From an uncultured Actinomycetota bacterium (GTDB lineage: Bacteria > Actinomycetota > Actinomycetes > Propionibacteriales > Nocardioidaceae): 64,000 bases of DNA. Of this stretch, positions 51,477 to 60,253 are shown one piece after another. Within the stretch, counting starts at the first letter, position 1; every line of letters begins with the position of its first letter. Location: positions 754,647-818,646 of the forward strand of contig CAVVFH010000001.1 of NCBI GenBank assembly GCA_963747525.1. Direction: 5' to 3'. The notes beneath the pieces are model-generated. The model was not told the origin of the DNA and ran no database searches. It saw only the letters and a program-made list of their open reading frames with translations. A program made the position numbers and the translations under genes.

Positions 51477-53084
51477 TCAGCCCTCCTGCTGCGCGTGGTC
51501 GTGGTCATGGTCGCCCATCTCGTGCACACCGTGGTCGGCCTGGTCGTGCCAGCGCAGCCAGTTCTGGTGGTCCGGCGAGCCGAGGTACTCCCCGCCGTCA
51601 CCGGGCTGCATGCCGTACCACTGCAGGACGTCGCCGAGCTCGGCGCCGCCGCAGTTGCCCTGGTAGATCTGGTGGACAGGCAGCCAGGCCTGGCGGAACT
51701 TCACCGGCTCGTGCTCGAAGATGTCCTGGCAGCCGTCGGAGCAGAAGTTGTAGCGCTCGCCCTCGAAGACCACCGACCGCTGGCAGATCTGATGAGGCTC
51801 GTCGGCCTCGGTGAACCCCATCGGGATCTGGCACACCTGGCACAGCTGCGGCAGCCCGCGGATGAAGTGCCGGCCGCCGGCCGCCACGTTCTCCCGCTCC
51901 TTGTCCCACAGCTTCCGGTACGTCGGGAACGTGTCGGGGTACTGCTCCTCCAGCCAGTCGAGGGTCTGCTCGCTCGGGATGGACGTGGTGAACGCGGCCG
52001 CGTGGCTGAACTGGTAGAGGATCCAGTAGGCCTGGTGCGACAGGTGGTCCTTCTCCTGGATCGCCTTGTCCACGTGCTTGGGCGGACGGATGCCGTAGTA
52101 GGCGAGGTCCTGGAAGAGGCCGCCGAGCATCTGCTGCTCGAAGTAGAGCTCGAAGGCCTCCCGCCAGCTCATCACCTTGCGCGGCAGCATGTAGTCGAGC
52201 ATCTGGGCGACCAGGGCGGTCACCCGGTAGCCGCGCCAGAACCACTTGTCGATCCAGTGCTGCACGATCGGGACGTTGTCCGGGTCCTGCTCGAGCAGGA
52301 ACTTGATCGCCTCCAGCCCCAGGGTCATGTGCCGGGACTCGTCGGACTGCGCCGAGAACCCGAAGGTCATCGTCGGCAGGTCGCCGTTGAACGAGGCGCC
52401 GGACATGAACGGCACGAAGAGCAGGTTGGTGAGCAGGTACTCGAAGGAGAACCCGATCGCGATCAGGAACTCGAACGGTCCGGCCGACAAGGCGTCGTCG
52501 AAGAACGACTTGGGCACCGAGAGGTACCAGACCCGGTCGTGCTGGTGCAGGTAGGAGTGGAAGCCGCTGTAGTACTTGTTGTAGTTGCTCAGCGTGTGGA
52601 TCTCGGTCTGCGCGTGGCGCATCTCGTCGAGGCTCTGGCACAGCGACGCGAACCGCGGGCCGGGGCCGTTGAGGTGCCGGCTGAGGTAGGCGAAGTTGCG
52701 GTGCGCCTGGTACTCCAGCGGGGTCACGCCCTGCAGGAACAGCTTCATCGCGTTCAGGTACGACGCGTCGGTCAGGCTCAGGTGGCCCTGGCTCTGGGCG
52801 AACCCGTCGAGGACGGCGTAGAGCCGCCGGTCCTTCTCCGCCTGGTACTTCGCGTACGCGTCGACGGTGAGCCGGAAGGGGTCCTCCCACTTGCTCCAGT
52901 CGTGGATCTTGATGCCCTCGAACGTCGTGTGGGGGAACATCTCCTCGCTGGGGACGTAGGACGGCTCCCAGTCGAGGTCACGGGTGAGCGCCGAGTAGCG
53001 CTCCTTCATGCTCAGCTTGCGGGGCGGCCGAGCCGGCTTCGCAGCCTGGGTCTCCGCCGATCGGGAGGTCGGGGTCATAGTCAT
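51477..53084 (-). CDS. dmpN: Phenol hydroxylase diiron alpha subunit (P3) with YHS domain
   Basis: KIHDWSKWEDPFRLT, ligands PLEY, DEMRH, SFEY, DESRH; CQVCQIP and FCSDGC. Confidence 0.95.
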   Translation of the reverse strand: MTMTPTSRSAETQAAKPARPPRKLSMKERYSALTRDLDWEPSYVPSEEMFPHTTFEGIKIHDWSKWEDPFRLTVDAYAKYQAEKDRRLYAVLDGFAQSQGHLSLTDASYLNAMKLFLQGVTPLEYQAHRNFAYLSRHLNGPGPRFASLCQSLDEMRHAQTEIHTLSNYNKYYSGFHSYLHQHDRVWYLSVPKSFFDDALSAGPFEFLIAIGFSFEYLLTNLLFVPFMSGASFNGDLPTMTFGFSAQSDESRHMTLGLEAIKFLLEQDPDNVPIVQHWIDKWFWRGYRVTALVAQMLDYMLPRKVMSWREAFELYFEQQMLGGLFQDLAYYGIRPPKHVDKAIQEKDHLSHQAYWILYQFSHAAAFTTSIPSEQTLDWLEEQYPDTFPTYRKLWDKERENVAAGGRHFIRGLPQLCQVCQIPMGFTEADEPHQICQRSVVFEGERYNFCSDGCQDIFEHEPVKFRQAWLPVHQIYQGNCGGAELGDVLQWYGMQPGDGGEYLGSPDHQNWLRWHDQADHGVHEMGDHDHDHAQQEG

Positions 53085-53108
53085 CGCAGGTCTCCTGTGT
53101 GTCGCCGG

Positions 53109-53399
53109 TCAGTGGTCCCAGGCGATGACGATCTCGTCGTCATCCCATTCCTTGATGTGGCCGAAGTAGCTGATGATCGCGAGCTGGAACTCGTGGGTCT
53201 CCCACTCGCGCCCCAGCCGCTCCTCCACGCTCTCCCGGCGGATCACCAGCCGGCCCGGGGAGGTCACCCGGACCATGCCGGGCATGTGGTTCACCGTCGC
53301 CGACTCGTTGTCGGCCTCGATGGCCTCGATCACCGCCCTGTTCTGCTCGCTCTCCTGGATGTCCACACCCACGGGTCGCGGGGTCGCTGCCACGCTCAT
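53109..53399 (-). CDS. dmpM: Phenol hydroxylase regulatory/coupling protein (P2, MmoB/DmpM family)
   Basis: VIEAIEADN, PGMVRV, GRLVIRRESVEERLGREW. Confidence 0.9.
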   Translation of the reverse strand: MSVAATPRPVGVDIQESEQNRAVIEAIEADNESATVNHMPGMVRVTSPGRLVIRRESVEERLGREWETHEFQLAIISYFGHIKEWDDDEIVIAWDH

Positions 53400-53400
53400 C

Positions 53401-54420
53401 TCAGTTCTCCTTCTCGGTGACGCCCAGGGCGCCCAGGTGGGCACGGACGTTGAGGGCCGCGGCGGCCAGCGCCTCGCGGCAGCCGGCGTCGACGAGGCCG
53501 TCGAGCTTGTCGGCGATGGGGACGAGCGCGGCCTCGCCGCTGCTCAAGGCCGCCTCGACGGCACTCCGCAGGGCAGCGAGGTTGGCCTCGCCGTAGGTCG
53601 GGTCGGCGACCCAGGCCTTGTACAGGGCGTCGAGCCAGCGGCGCTGGTCGGCGAACCAGGTCGTCAGGTGCTGGGCGACCAGGCTGTAGGAGGCGGCGCC
53701 CGCGTTCAGGGCGGCGTTGTCCAGGTGGTTGTAGAGCAGCCCGTAGAGCAGCAGGTCGGTGACGTCGAGGGTGACCATCCCGAGACCCCAGTCGCGCTGC
53801 ACCAGGTTCTCCTCGACGAGGCGGCGCAACGGCTGCAGGGCCACGTCGTCGAGCCACACCTGCTTGGCGTCGGCCAGGCTCTGCGCGGTCCCCCCGCCGA
53901 AGGCGATGCCCGCGCGGGACAGCATCTGCGCGTTGCCCACCCGGTCGAACGCCGCGTACGCCGCGCACTGGGTCACCGTCGTACCCCATCCGAAGCGGGC
54001 CGCGTTGCTGCTGACCATCTGGGCGGCGGCCTCGTAGTGGCGCATCGGCAGCACCACCTCGCCGACGACCGAGCGCCACTCCTCCGGGAGCCGGTCCCAC
54101 ATCCCCCGCTTCTCGAGGTAGGTGAGGGTGTTCGCGAAGGCCTCGTGCAGGTCGGCCCGCGAGGTGACGTACGGCGCGTAGTAGAACTGCCGCGGGTCGG
54201 TGTAGGTGTACGGGTCGGCCAGCTTCAGCACCGAGTAGTCGGGGCTGTAGATGTCCGTCTCCGGGCCCCACAGCGGCCGGAAGTGGTAGTTGGTCACGGC
54301 CTGGAGGTCGATCGTGCCTTCCTCGTACCGCGACGCCGGCCGGTCACCGTAGCGGTCGATGAGGTGCTGGAAGGTCTTGCGCTCAGGTTCGATGACCTGG
54401 GTGCGGAGCTCGAACTGCAT
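53401..54420 (-). CDS. dmpL: Phenol hydroxylase beta subunit (P1)
   Basis: MQFELRT, ASRYEEGT, YHFRPLW, DPRQFYY, PMRHYE, QPLRRLVEE. Confidence 0.9.
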   Translation of the reverse strand: MQFELRTQVIEPERKTFQHLIDRYGDRPASRYEEGTIDLQAVTNYHFRPLWGPETDIYSPDYSVLKLADPYTYTDPRQFYYAPYVTSRADLHEAFANTLTYLEKRGMWDRLPEEWRSVVGEVVLPMRHYEAAAQMVSSNAARFGWGTTVTQCAAYAAFDRVGNAQMLSRAGIAFGGGTAQSLADAKQVWLDDVALQPLRRLVEENLVQRDWGLGMVTLDVTDLLLYGLLYNHLDNAALNAGAASYSLVAQHLTTWFADQRRWLDALYKAWVADPTYGEANLAALRSAVEAALSSGEAALVPIADKLDGLVDAGCREALAAAALNVRAHLGALGVTEKEN

Positions 54421-54441
54421 GGCTGTCTCCTGGGTTGGCTG

Positions 54442-54873
54442 TCAGAGGTGGGCGAGGGGGTGGTGCGGCAGGCCGGACTCGCTGAGCAGGCGGACCAGCA
54501 GGTCGGGCAGGGCGTCGGGGCCCTCGAGCTCCACGGGGAGCTCGGACTCGAACCCGTCCCCCACGAGGCGGCCGTAGGCGGTGCCGTTCTCGAAGGTGGT
54601 CGAGACGCGGGCCGCGCGGCCGCGGTAGCCGACCGAGAAGGCCAGCTCGTGCGGAAGCGTCTCGTCGCTCAGCGTCAGGTGGTCGTCGCTCGCGTCCAGT
54701 ACGGCGTTCGCCTCGCACACCAGCTGCTCGGCCAGCGACCGGATCGCGACCTGGCGGTCCGCGCCGGTGCTCGTCGCGATCCGCTGGCTCACGCGGGTCA
54801 CCGGCATCGGCGTCGGCCCCGGGTCGCCCTCGTGGCCGATGAGCTCGGCGACGCGGAACATGAAGGGCGTCAT
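54442..54873 (-). CDS. Hypothetical protein within the phenol hydroxylase operon
   Basis: 143 aa, CAGGAG RBS, gaps of about 20-25 bp on both sides; no family recognised. Confidence 0.75.
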   Translation of the reverse strand: MTPFMFRVAELIGHEGDPGPTPMPVTRVSQRIATSTGADRQVAIRSLAEQLVCEANAVLDASDDHLTLSDETLPHELAFSVGYRGRAARVSTTFENGTAYGRLVGDGFESELPVELEGPDALPDLLVRLLSESGLPHHPLAHL

Positions 54874-54898
54874 GGCTTCTCCTGGGCGTCCGCGGCCG

Positions 54899-55816
54899 TC
54901 ACGTGTAGACCGTCGTGAAGCGCTCGTTGAGCTCCCGGGCGTGGTAGAAGATGCCCTTCGCGATCTGGTCCGGGGTCCACTTGTTGATCGGCCGGTCCCG
55001 GTAGGCCGGGTAGCCGCCGGCGAACACCTCGTTGCGGTTGCCCGACGGGTCGAAGAAGTACACCGTCTGACCGCGCGTGATGCCGTGCCGAGTGGGGCCC
55101 ACGTCGATCGGCACGTCGTCCATCGCGAAGAGGTCGGCGGCCCGGCCCACCTCGCTCCAGTCGCCGAGCTTGAAGGCGAAGTGGTGGAGCTTGCCGGGCT
55201 CGCCCTCGAGGACGGCGACCTGGTGGATCTGGTTGTTGCTGGTGAGCCAGCTGGCGATGTAGTGGGCGTCGTCGTCGTTCAGGTCGGTCTGCACCCGCTC
55301 GGTCGGGAAGTAGTCGAAGACCTCGCGGAACATGTCCTCCATCAGCCGCACGTCGTCGGCGAAGATCAGCGCGTGGTCCAGGGCCGGCACGCCGACTCCG
55401 ACCAGGTGGCGCGGGAAGGCGTCGGGGTTGTGGGTCCCGACCTCGGTCCCGATGAGGGTCTGGCCGTGGTAGACCTCGAGCACGTGCTGCGAGGGGGTGG
55501 TGAACCGGATGCCGTCGCTGACCTCGGGGTTCTCGCCGGCGCTCATCCGCTCGACGGTGAGGCCGAAGTTGACCGCCTTCTTCTCGATGTCGTCGAGGTC
55601 GGACTCCCGCTCGACCTTGAAGCCGAACTTCACGACGCCGACGCCGCCCTCCTCGAGGACGACCGAGTGGTGGTCCCACTCGTCCCAGCCCTTGTAGTAG
55701 ACGCGCCCGTCCTGCTCCAGGGTCTGGTAGAGACCCATGGTGTTCGCGTAGTGGTGCTTGGCCTCCGTCATGTCGGTGACCCGGACGTGGGCGTAACCCA
55801 TCCGCATGATCCCCAT
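54899..55816 (-). CDS. xylE: Catechol 2,3-dioxygenase (type I extradiol)
   Basis: YYKGWDEWDHHS, metal ligands LDHAL, LHHFAF, GNRNEVF; GPTRHGIT; AAGGAG RBS. Confidence 0.95.
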   Translation of the reverse strand: MGIMRMGYAHVRVTDMTEAKHHYANTMGLYQTLEQDGRVYYKGWDEWDHHSVVLEEGGVGVVKFGFKVERESDLDDIEKKAVNFGLTVERMSAGENPEVSDGIRFTTPSQHVLEVYHGQTLIGTEVGTHNPDAFPRHLVGVGVPALDHALIFADDVRLMEDMFREVFDYFPTERVQTDLNDDDAHYIASWLTSNNQIHQVAVLEGEPGKLHHFAFKLGDWSEVGRAADLFAMDDVPIDVGPTRHGITRGQTVYFFDPSGNRNEVFAGGYPAYRDRPINKWTPDQIAKGIFYHARELNERFTTVYT

Positions 55817-55888
55817 CGACTCACTCCTTGGGTCGGTCCTGGCTTCCACCGAGGACTCTGCGACCTTCGTCACAGGAGGAGGAGGGCC

Positions 55889-55967
55889 GTTCCTCCCCGC
55901 GGAACATCAGGGGACCTATGGCCCGGCAGGACGGGCCGGAGGGGCCCGCTGTTCCTCGCTCCGGAAC
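55889..55967. promoter_or_regulatory. Two GTTCC-N7-GGAAC palindromes (55889-55905, 55951-55967), candidate IclR operators
   Basis: GTTCCTCCCCGCGGAAC and GTTCCTCGCTCCGGAAC, 62 bp apart, in the divergent intergenic region. Confidence 0.65.
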
Positions 55968-55999
55968 GCCCGACGCTGCCGCCGGACCGGCGGATCACG

Positions 56000-56857
56000 A
56001 TGTCGGGCATGACCACACTCAGCCGTCCCGCACCGGCGGCCAGGCCGGAGATCGGCGCCACCGTGCGCGCCGGCGGGGTCCTGACCAACTACCTGGAGGC
56101 GGGCACCGGGGCGCCGGTCGTGCTCGTGCACGGCTCGGGCCCCGGGGTCTCGGCCTACGCCAACTGGCGCCTCACCATCCCCGCCCTCGCCGACCATCTG
56201 CGGGTCGTGGCTCCGGACATGGTCGGGTTCGGCTTCACCGAGCGCCCACCCGGTACGGCGTACGAGCTCGGCACGTGGGTGGACCAGGTCGTGGGGCTGC
56301 TCGACGCGCTCGGCCTGGAGAGGGCGAGCATCGTCGGCAACAGCTTCGGGGGCGCCATCGCGCTGTCCCTGGCCAGCCGGCACCCCGAGCGGGTGGATCG
56401 GCTCGTGCTCATGGGCAGCGTCGGGGTGCCCTTCCCGATCACCGAGGGGCTCGACGCGGTCTGGGGCTACGAACCCTCACCGGCGGAGATGCGGCGGATC
56501 ATGGACTACTTCGCCTTCTCCCGCGAGCTGGTGACCGACGAGCTGGCGGAGGTCCGGTACCGGGCGAGCATCGAGCCCGGGTTCCAGGAGTCCTACGCGG
56601 CGATGTTCCCCGCCCCCCGGCAGCGGTGGGTGGACGCCATGGTGACCCCGGACGCGGCAATCTCCGCACTGCCGCACCGGACGCTGGTCGTGCACGGACG
56701 CGAGGACCAGGTGATCCCGCTGACCAACTCCTACCGGCTGCTCGAGCTCATCCCCGACGCCCAGCTGCACGTCTTCGGCCGCTGTGGTCACTGGACCCAG
56801 ATCGAGCACGCCGAGACCTTCAACCGCCTCGTCCTCGACTTCCTGACCCAGGAGTGA
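56000..56857 (+). CDS. dmpD: 2-hydroxymuconic semialdehyde hydrolase (meta-cleavage product hydrolase)
   Basis: HGSGPGVSAYANWRL, GNSFGG, HGREDQVIP, CGHWTQIE. Confidence 0.9.
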   Translation: MSGMTTLSRPAPAARPEIGATVRAGGVLTNYLEAGTGAPVVLVHGSGPGVSAYANWRLTIPALADHLRVVAPDMVGFGFTERPPGTAYELGTWVDQVVGLLDALGLERASIVGNSFGGAIALSLASRHPERVDRLVLMGSVGVPFPITEGLDAVWGYEPSPAEMRRIMDYFAFSRELVTDELAEVRYRASIEPGFQESYAAMFPAPRQRWVDAMVTPDAAISALPHRTLVVHGREDQVIPLTNSYRLLELIPDAQLHVFGRCGHWTQIEHAETFNRLVLDFLTQE

Positions 56858-56862
56858 CCGCC

Positions 56863-57222
56863 ATGACCACACTGACCCTGGACCGGCCCCGCTCCACCGT
56901 GTCCGGCACCGTCCCCCGCTACTCCGTCGTCCGCTCCGTGCGCGTCCGGGGCGGCGACAGCTGTGGAATGGTGCTGGAGACGCCCGCCCGCGAGCTCGTC
57001 GAGCTGGACCTCGACTGCGCTCCCGACCCCGCTGCCGCCGAGGAGCTGCGGAGCATCGGACGGCCGCTGGCGGTTCGGATGGAGATGGTTCCCGGGTCCG
57101 TCCACCGGTGCACCGTGCTCCTCACCACCGCGACCGGCCCGCAGCGCGTGCCGACGTCCCTGGGGTCCGCCCTCGCGCTCTGTGCCCAGGGCCGGCACAC
57201 GATCGTGACCCGGGCCTCGTGA
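56863..57222 (+). CDS. Hypothetical protein (119 aa) co-transcribed with the hydrolase
   Basis: AGGAG RBS inside the hydrolase end; ATG 5 bp after its stop. Confidence 0.6.
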   Translation: MTTLTLDRPRSTVSGTVPRYSVVRSVRVRGGDSCGMVLETPARELVELDLDCAPDPAAAEELRSIGRPLAVRMEMVPGSVHRCTVLLTTATGPQRVPTSLGSALALCAQGRHTIVTRAS

Positions 57223-57232
57223 CCCGCAAGCC

Positions 57233-57745
57233 TCAGGTGTTCTCCTCGACGTAGTCCTCCGGGTCCTTGTTGGCGGAGTCGATGCCGTCGGCGTGCTTGG
57301 CCTCGAAGACCAGGAACCGCACCGCGAGGTCGTGCCGGGTCTGCAGGTCCGCGTGCCGACGGAAGTCCGCCAGGTCCTCGCGCTCCTCCTCGGCCATGTG
57401 GTCGCTGTTGGCCAGGCGGGCGTCCATCACCGCCTTCCACCACGCGTCCGTGCCCGGCCGCTCCTTCGCGGCCCGCGACACCGCGTCCCGGATGTCGTTG
57501 TGGTCGCCGATGGCGTCCTCGGTCTCGTCCGCCGCACTCTCGGCACCCCCGGCGCCGTGGCCCACGCGCAGCACCTCGGGGTAGAAGATCTCCTCCTCAG
57601 CCGCCGCGTGCACCTCCAGGAAGATCGCCAGCCGCTGCCAGACCGCGCCCAGCGCGTCGGTGTCCGCCGGGTCGATCTCGTCGAGGAGCGCGAACATGCG
57701 GCGCTGCTGGTCGTGCTGGTCCAAGATGTGCTCGGTGATGTCCAT
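57233..57745 (-). CDS. Hemerythrin/HHE domain protein
   Basis: QH, HAAAEEEIFYP, DH, HMAEEE. Confidence 0.85.
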   Translation of the reverse strand: MDITEHILDQHDQQRRMFALLDEIDPADTDALGAVWQRLAIFLEVHAAAEEEIFYPEVLRVGHGAGGAESAADETEDAIGDHNDIRDAVSRAAKERPGTDAWWKAVMDARLANSDHMAEEEREDLADFRRHADLQTRHDLAVRFLVFEAKHADGIDSANKDPEDYVEENT

Positions 57746-57817
57746 GACCGCACGGTTCCCGCGGTCGATGTCTCGCATACCCCGGGACCGGACGTCCTGG
57801 TTGCGCGATCGCGGGTG

Positions 57818-58417
57818 CTACCTGGCCTGGTGCGAGCGGCGCTGCAGCCTGGCGACTGCCTTCAGGAGCTGGAGCACGGCGTTGGGTTGGCCCTCCGCCG
57901 GCAGGGCGATCTCGAAACCGACAGCCCCCGCCCCCTCCTCCGTCTCACGCAGATCGCCGTCGATCTCGTGAAGGATCTGGATCATGGGCTCGTTGTCGGC
58001 ATCGACGAGTGCGCTGAACCGGCGGATTCCCTCCTCGGCAGCGCGGTCCATGATTCGGCGCAGCAGCTCGGTGCCGAGCCCCCTGCCCTGCCACTCGTCG
58101 ACGACCGTGACGGCGACCTCGGCGACCTCGGGGTCGTGCGGGTCGCGGATGTAGCGGGCCAGCCCGACTCCCCGCCCGTCCGCCGGATCCAGCGCACCGA
58201 GCGCCTCGTGGTCGTGGTGGTCGACGCGGGTGAAGTAGCGCAGCTCGCCCTCGGACAGGCGTTCCTTCGCGGTGAGGAAGCGAAACCGCCGCGACTCGTC
58301 GCTCAGCCGGGAGAACCCGTCGGCCAGCAGCTGTACGTCGGTGCGGTGGACCTGGTCGATGACCACCTCAGAACCGTCGCGGAGCACGACTCGGGTGCCT
58401 CGTTCCACGGTGCCCAT
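57818..58417 (-). CDS. GNAT N-acetyltransferase (Pat-type GNAT domain)
   Basis: LSDESRRFRF, VDHHDHEAL, GLARY, AEVAVTVVDEWQGRGLGT. Confidence 0.85.
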   Translation of the reverse strand: MGTVERGTRVVLRDGSEVVIDQVHRTDVQLLADGFSRLSDESRRFRFLTAKERLSEGELRYFTRVDHHDHEALGALDPADGRGVGLARYIRDPHDPEVAEVAVTVVDEWQGRGLGTELLRRIMDRAAEEGIRRFSALVDADNEPMIQILHEIDGDLRETEEGAGAVGFEIALPAEGQPNAVLQLLKAVARLQRRSHQAR

Positions 58418-58430
58418 GGCGCCGCCCCCG

Positions 58431-60080
58431 TCAGTCGTTCCGCGCCAGGATCTGGTCGCGCACCTCGCGACGCAGGACCTTGCCGATCATCGAGTGCGGC
58501 AGCTCGTCGACCACCACGACCCGGCGGGGCACCTTGTACGGCGTGAGCTGCTCGCGACAGGCCGCCCGGATCGTCTCCTCGTCCAAGGCCGCCCCCGGCT
58601 CGAGCACCACCGCTGCCGTGACCTCCTCACCACCGTCGGAGGTGGGCAACCCGACCACGGCCGCGTCCATCACCACCACGTCACCGGTCCGGATCCACCC
58701 ACCGTCCATCACCACCTTCGCCGTCTCCTCCGGGCGCTCCCAGTAGCCGCCGAAGACCTGCGGTCCCCGCAGCCACAGCTCCCCCGGCTCACCGAGCGCC
58801 ACGTCCCGATGCGCGTCGTCCCGGTCGACGACGCGGACCTCGGTCGACGGGAAGGGAACCCCCACGGGGCCGATCCTCCGCGTCGGACCGGCAGGGTTGC
58901 CCAGTGCCACCGGCGAGGTCTCGGTCATCCCGTAGCCCTCCATGAGCATCCCGCCCGTCACGTCCTCCCAGAGCCTGGCGGTCGCCACGGGCAGCGTCAT
59001 CGCGCCGGAGATCGCGTAGCGGATCGAGGTGAGGTCCACGCCGCGCTCGCGGGCCGCGGTCGCCAGGCGCTCGTAGATCGGCGGCACGGCGGGCAGGAAC
59101 GTCGCGGGCCGCCGACGTACGGCGTCGAGGACCAGGCCGACGTCGAAGCGGGGAAGCAGCACGAGGGTGGCACCGATACTGACCGCGAACGTGAGGCAGA
59201 GGGTCAGGCCGTAGGCGTGGAACAGCGGCAGCACGGCGTAGACGACCTCCTCCCCGTCCACCAGTCCCGGCATCCAGGCCTGGCCCTGGGCCGCGTTGGC
59301 GCGCAGGTTGCTGTGGGTCAGGACAGCAGCCTTGGGCTTGCCGGTCGTCCCACCCGTGTACTGCAGGAGCGCCACGTCGCCGGCCGAGGGCAGTGGGTGG
59401 CCCGACGCGAGTGCCGGGCTCTCGGAGACCATGGCCTCCCAGCGGGGGATCCCGGGCGCAGGTCCGCTCATGGCGGCCCGGGCCTTCCTCACGCGCCGGA
59501 CCGGAAGGCGGAGCGCCCACCGCTTCGTCGTCGGCAGCGCGGAGAGCAGGCTCACGGTCAGCACCGTCTCCACCCCGAGGGACTCTGCGATCCCTTCCAC
59601 GACCGGAGCGACCTTGTCCCAGACCACGACCGCCTTGGGGCGGTGGTCGCGCATCTGGAAAGTCATCTCCTCAGCGGTGTACAGGGGGTTGTGCTCGACG
59701 ACGACTCCCCCGAGCCGCAGCACCGCGTAGAACGCCACCACGTGCTGCGGGCAGTTCGGGAGCACCAGCGCGACCCTGTCGCCCTTCCGGACACCGAGCT
59801 GCCGCAGGCCCTCCGCCGCCCTGGCCACCTGCTTGCCCAGCTCGGCGTACGTCGTCGTGGCTGCGAAGAAGTCCAGCGCGACCTTCGGACCGAACCGTGC
59901 CACCGATGACTCGAGGAGATCGACCAGCGACTCGTCCGGGACGTCGATGTCCAGGGGCACGCCCGGTGCGTAGCTCTTGGCCCAGAGACGGTCCTCGCCA
60001 GCTGCCACGACCGCGCCTCCCTCACCCCCTGGAACGCTACGCGCGGTGCCGGCGACCGCTCCAGTGGCTGATGTCCGCAT
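58431..60080 (-). pseudogene. Long-chain fatty acid-CoA ligase with an in-frame internal deletion near 58665
   Basis: YTGGTTGKPK, EGYGMTE, RTGD and PHSMIGK are present, but RTGDVVVMD joins directly to AAVVG, so the hinge/A8 segment is missing. Confidence 0.75.
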
Positions 60081-60180
60081 TCCCGGGGCACTCGGTCCCC
60101 GTGGCCGGCGGCGCCGGCAGCGATCCCGGTGGGGACCAGAGGTTCTTGCAGGGCCACGACCCGAGGAAGCTGGGCGGCTC

Positions 60181-60205
60181 TTGACAAGATGGCATTTTTT
60201 GTAAA
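60181..60205. promoter_or_regulatory. AT-rich alkB promoter/operator: TTGACAA-N11-TTGTAAA
   Basis: TTGACA -35 hexamer inside a near-perfect inverted repeat, between divergent ligase and alkB. Confidence 0.6.
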
Positions 60206-60253
60206 GTCTTTCGTCATCCAGGTTTGCCCTGTCCAGTGCACCAGGAGGTCCTC

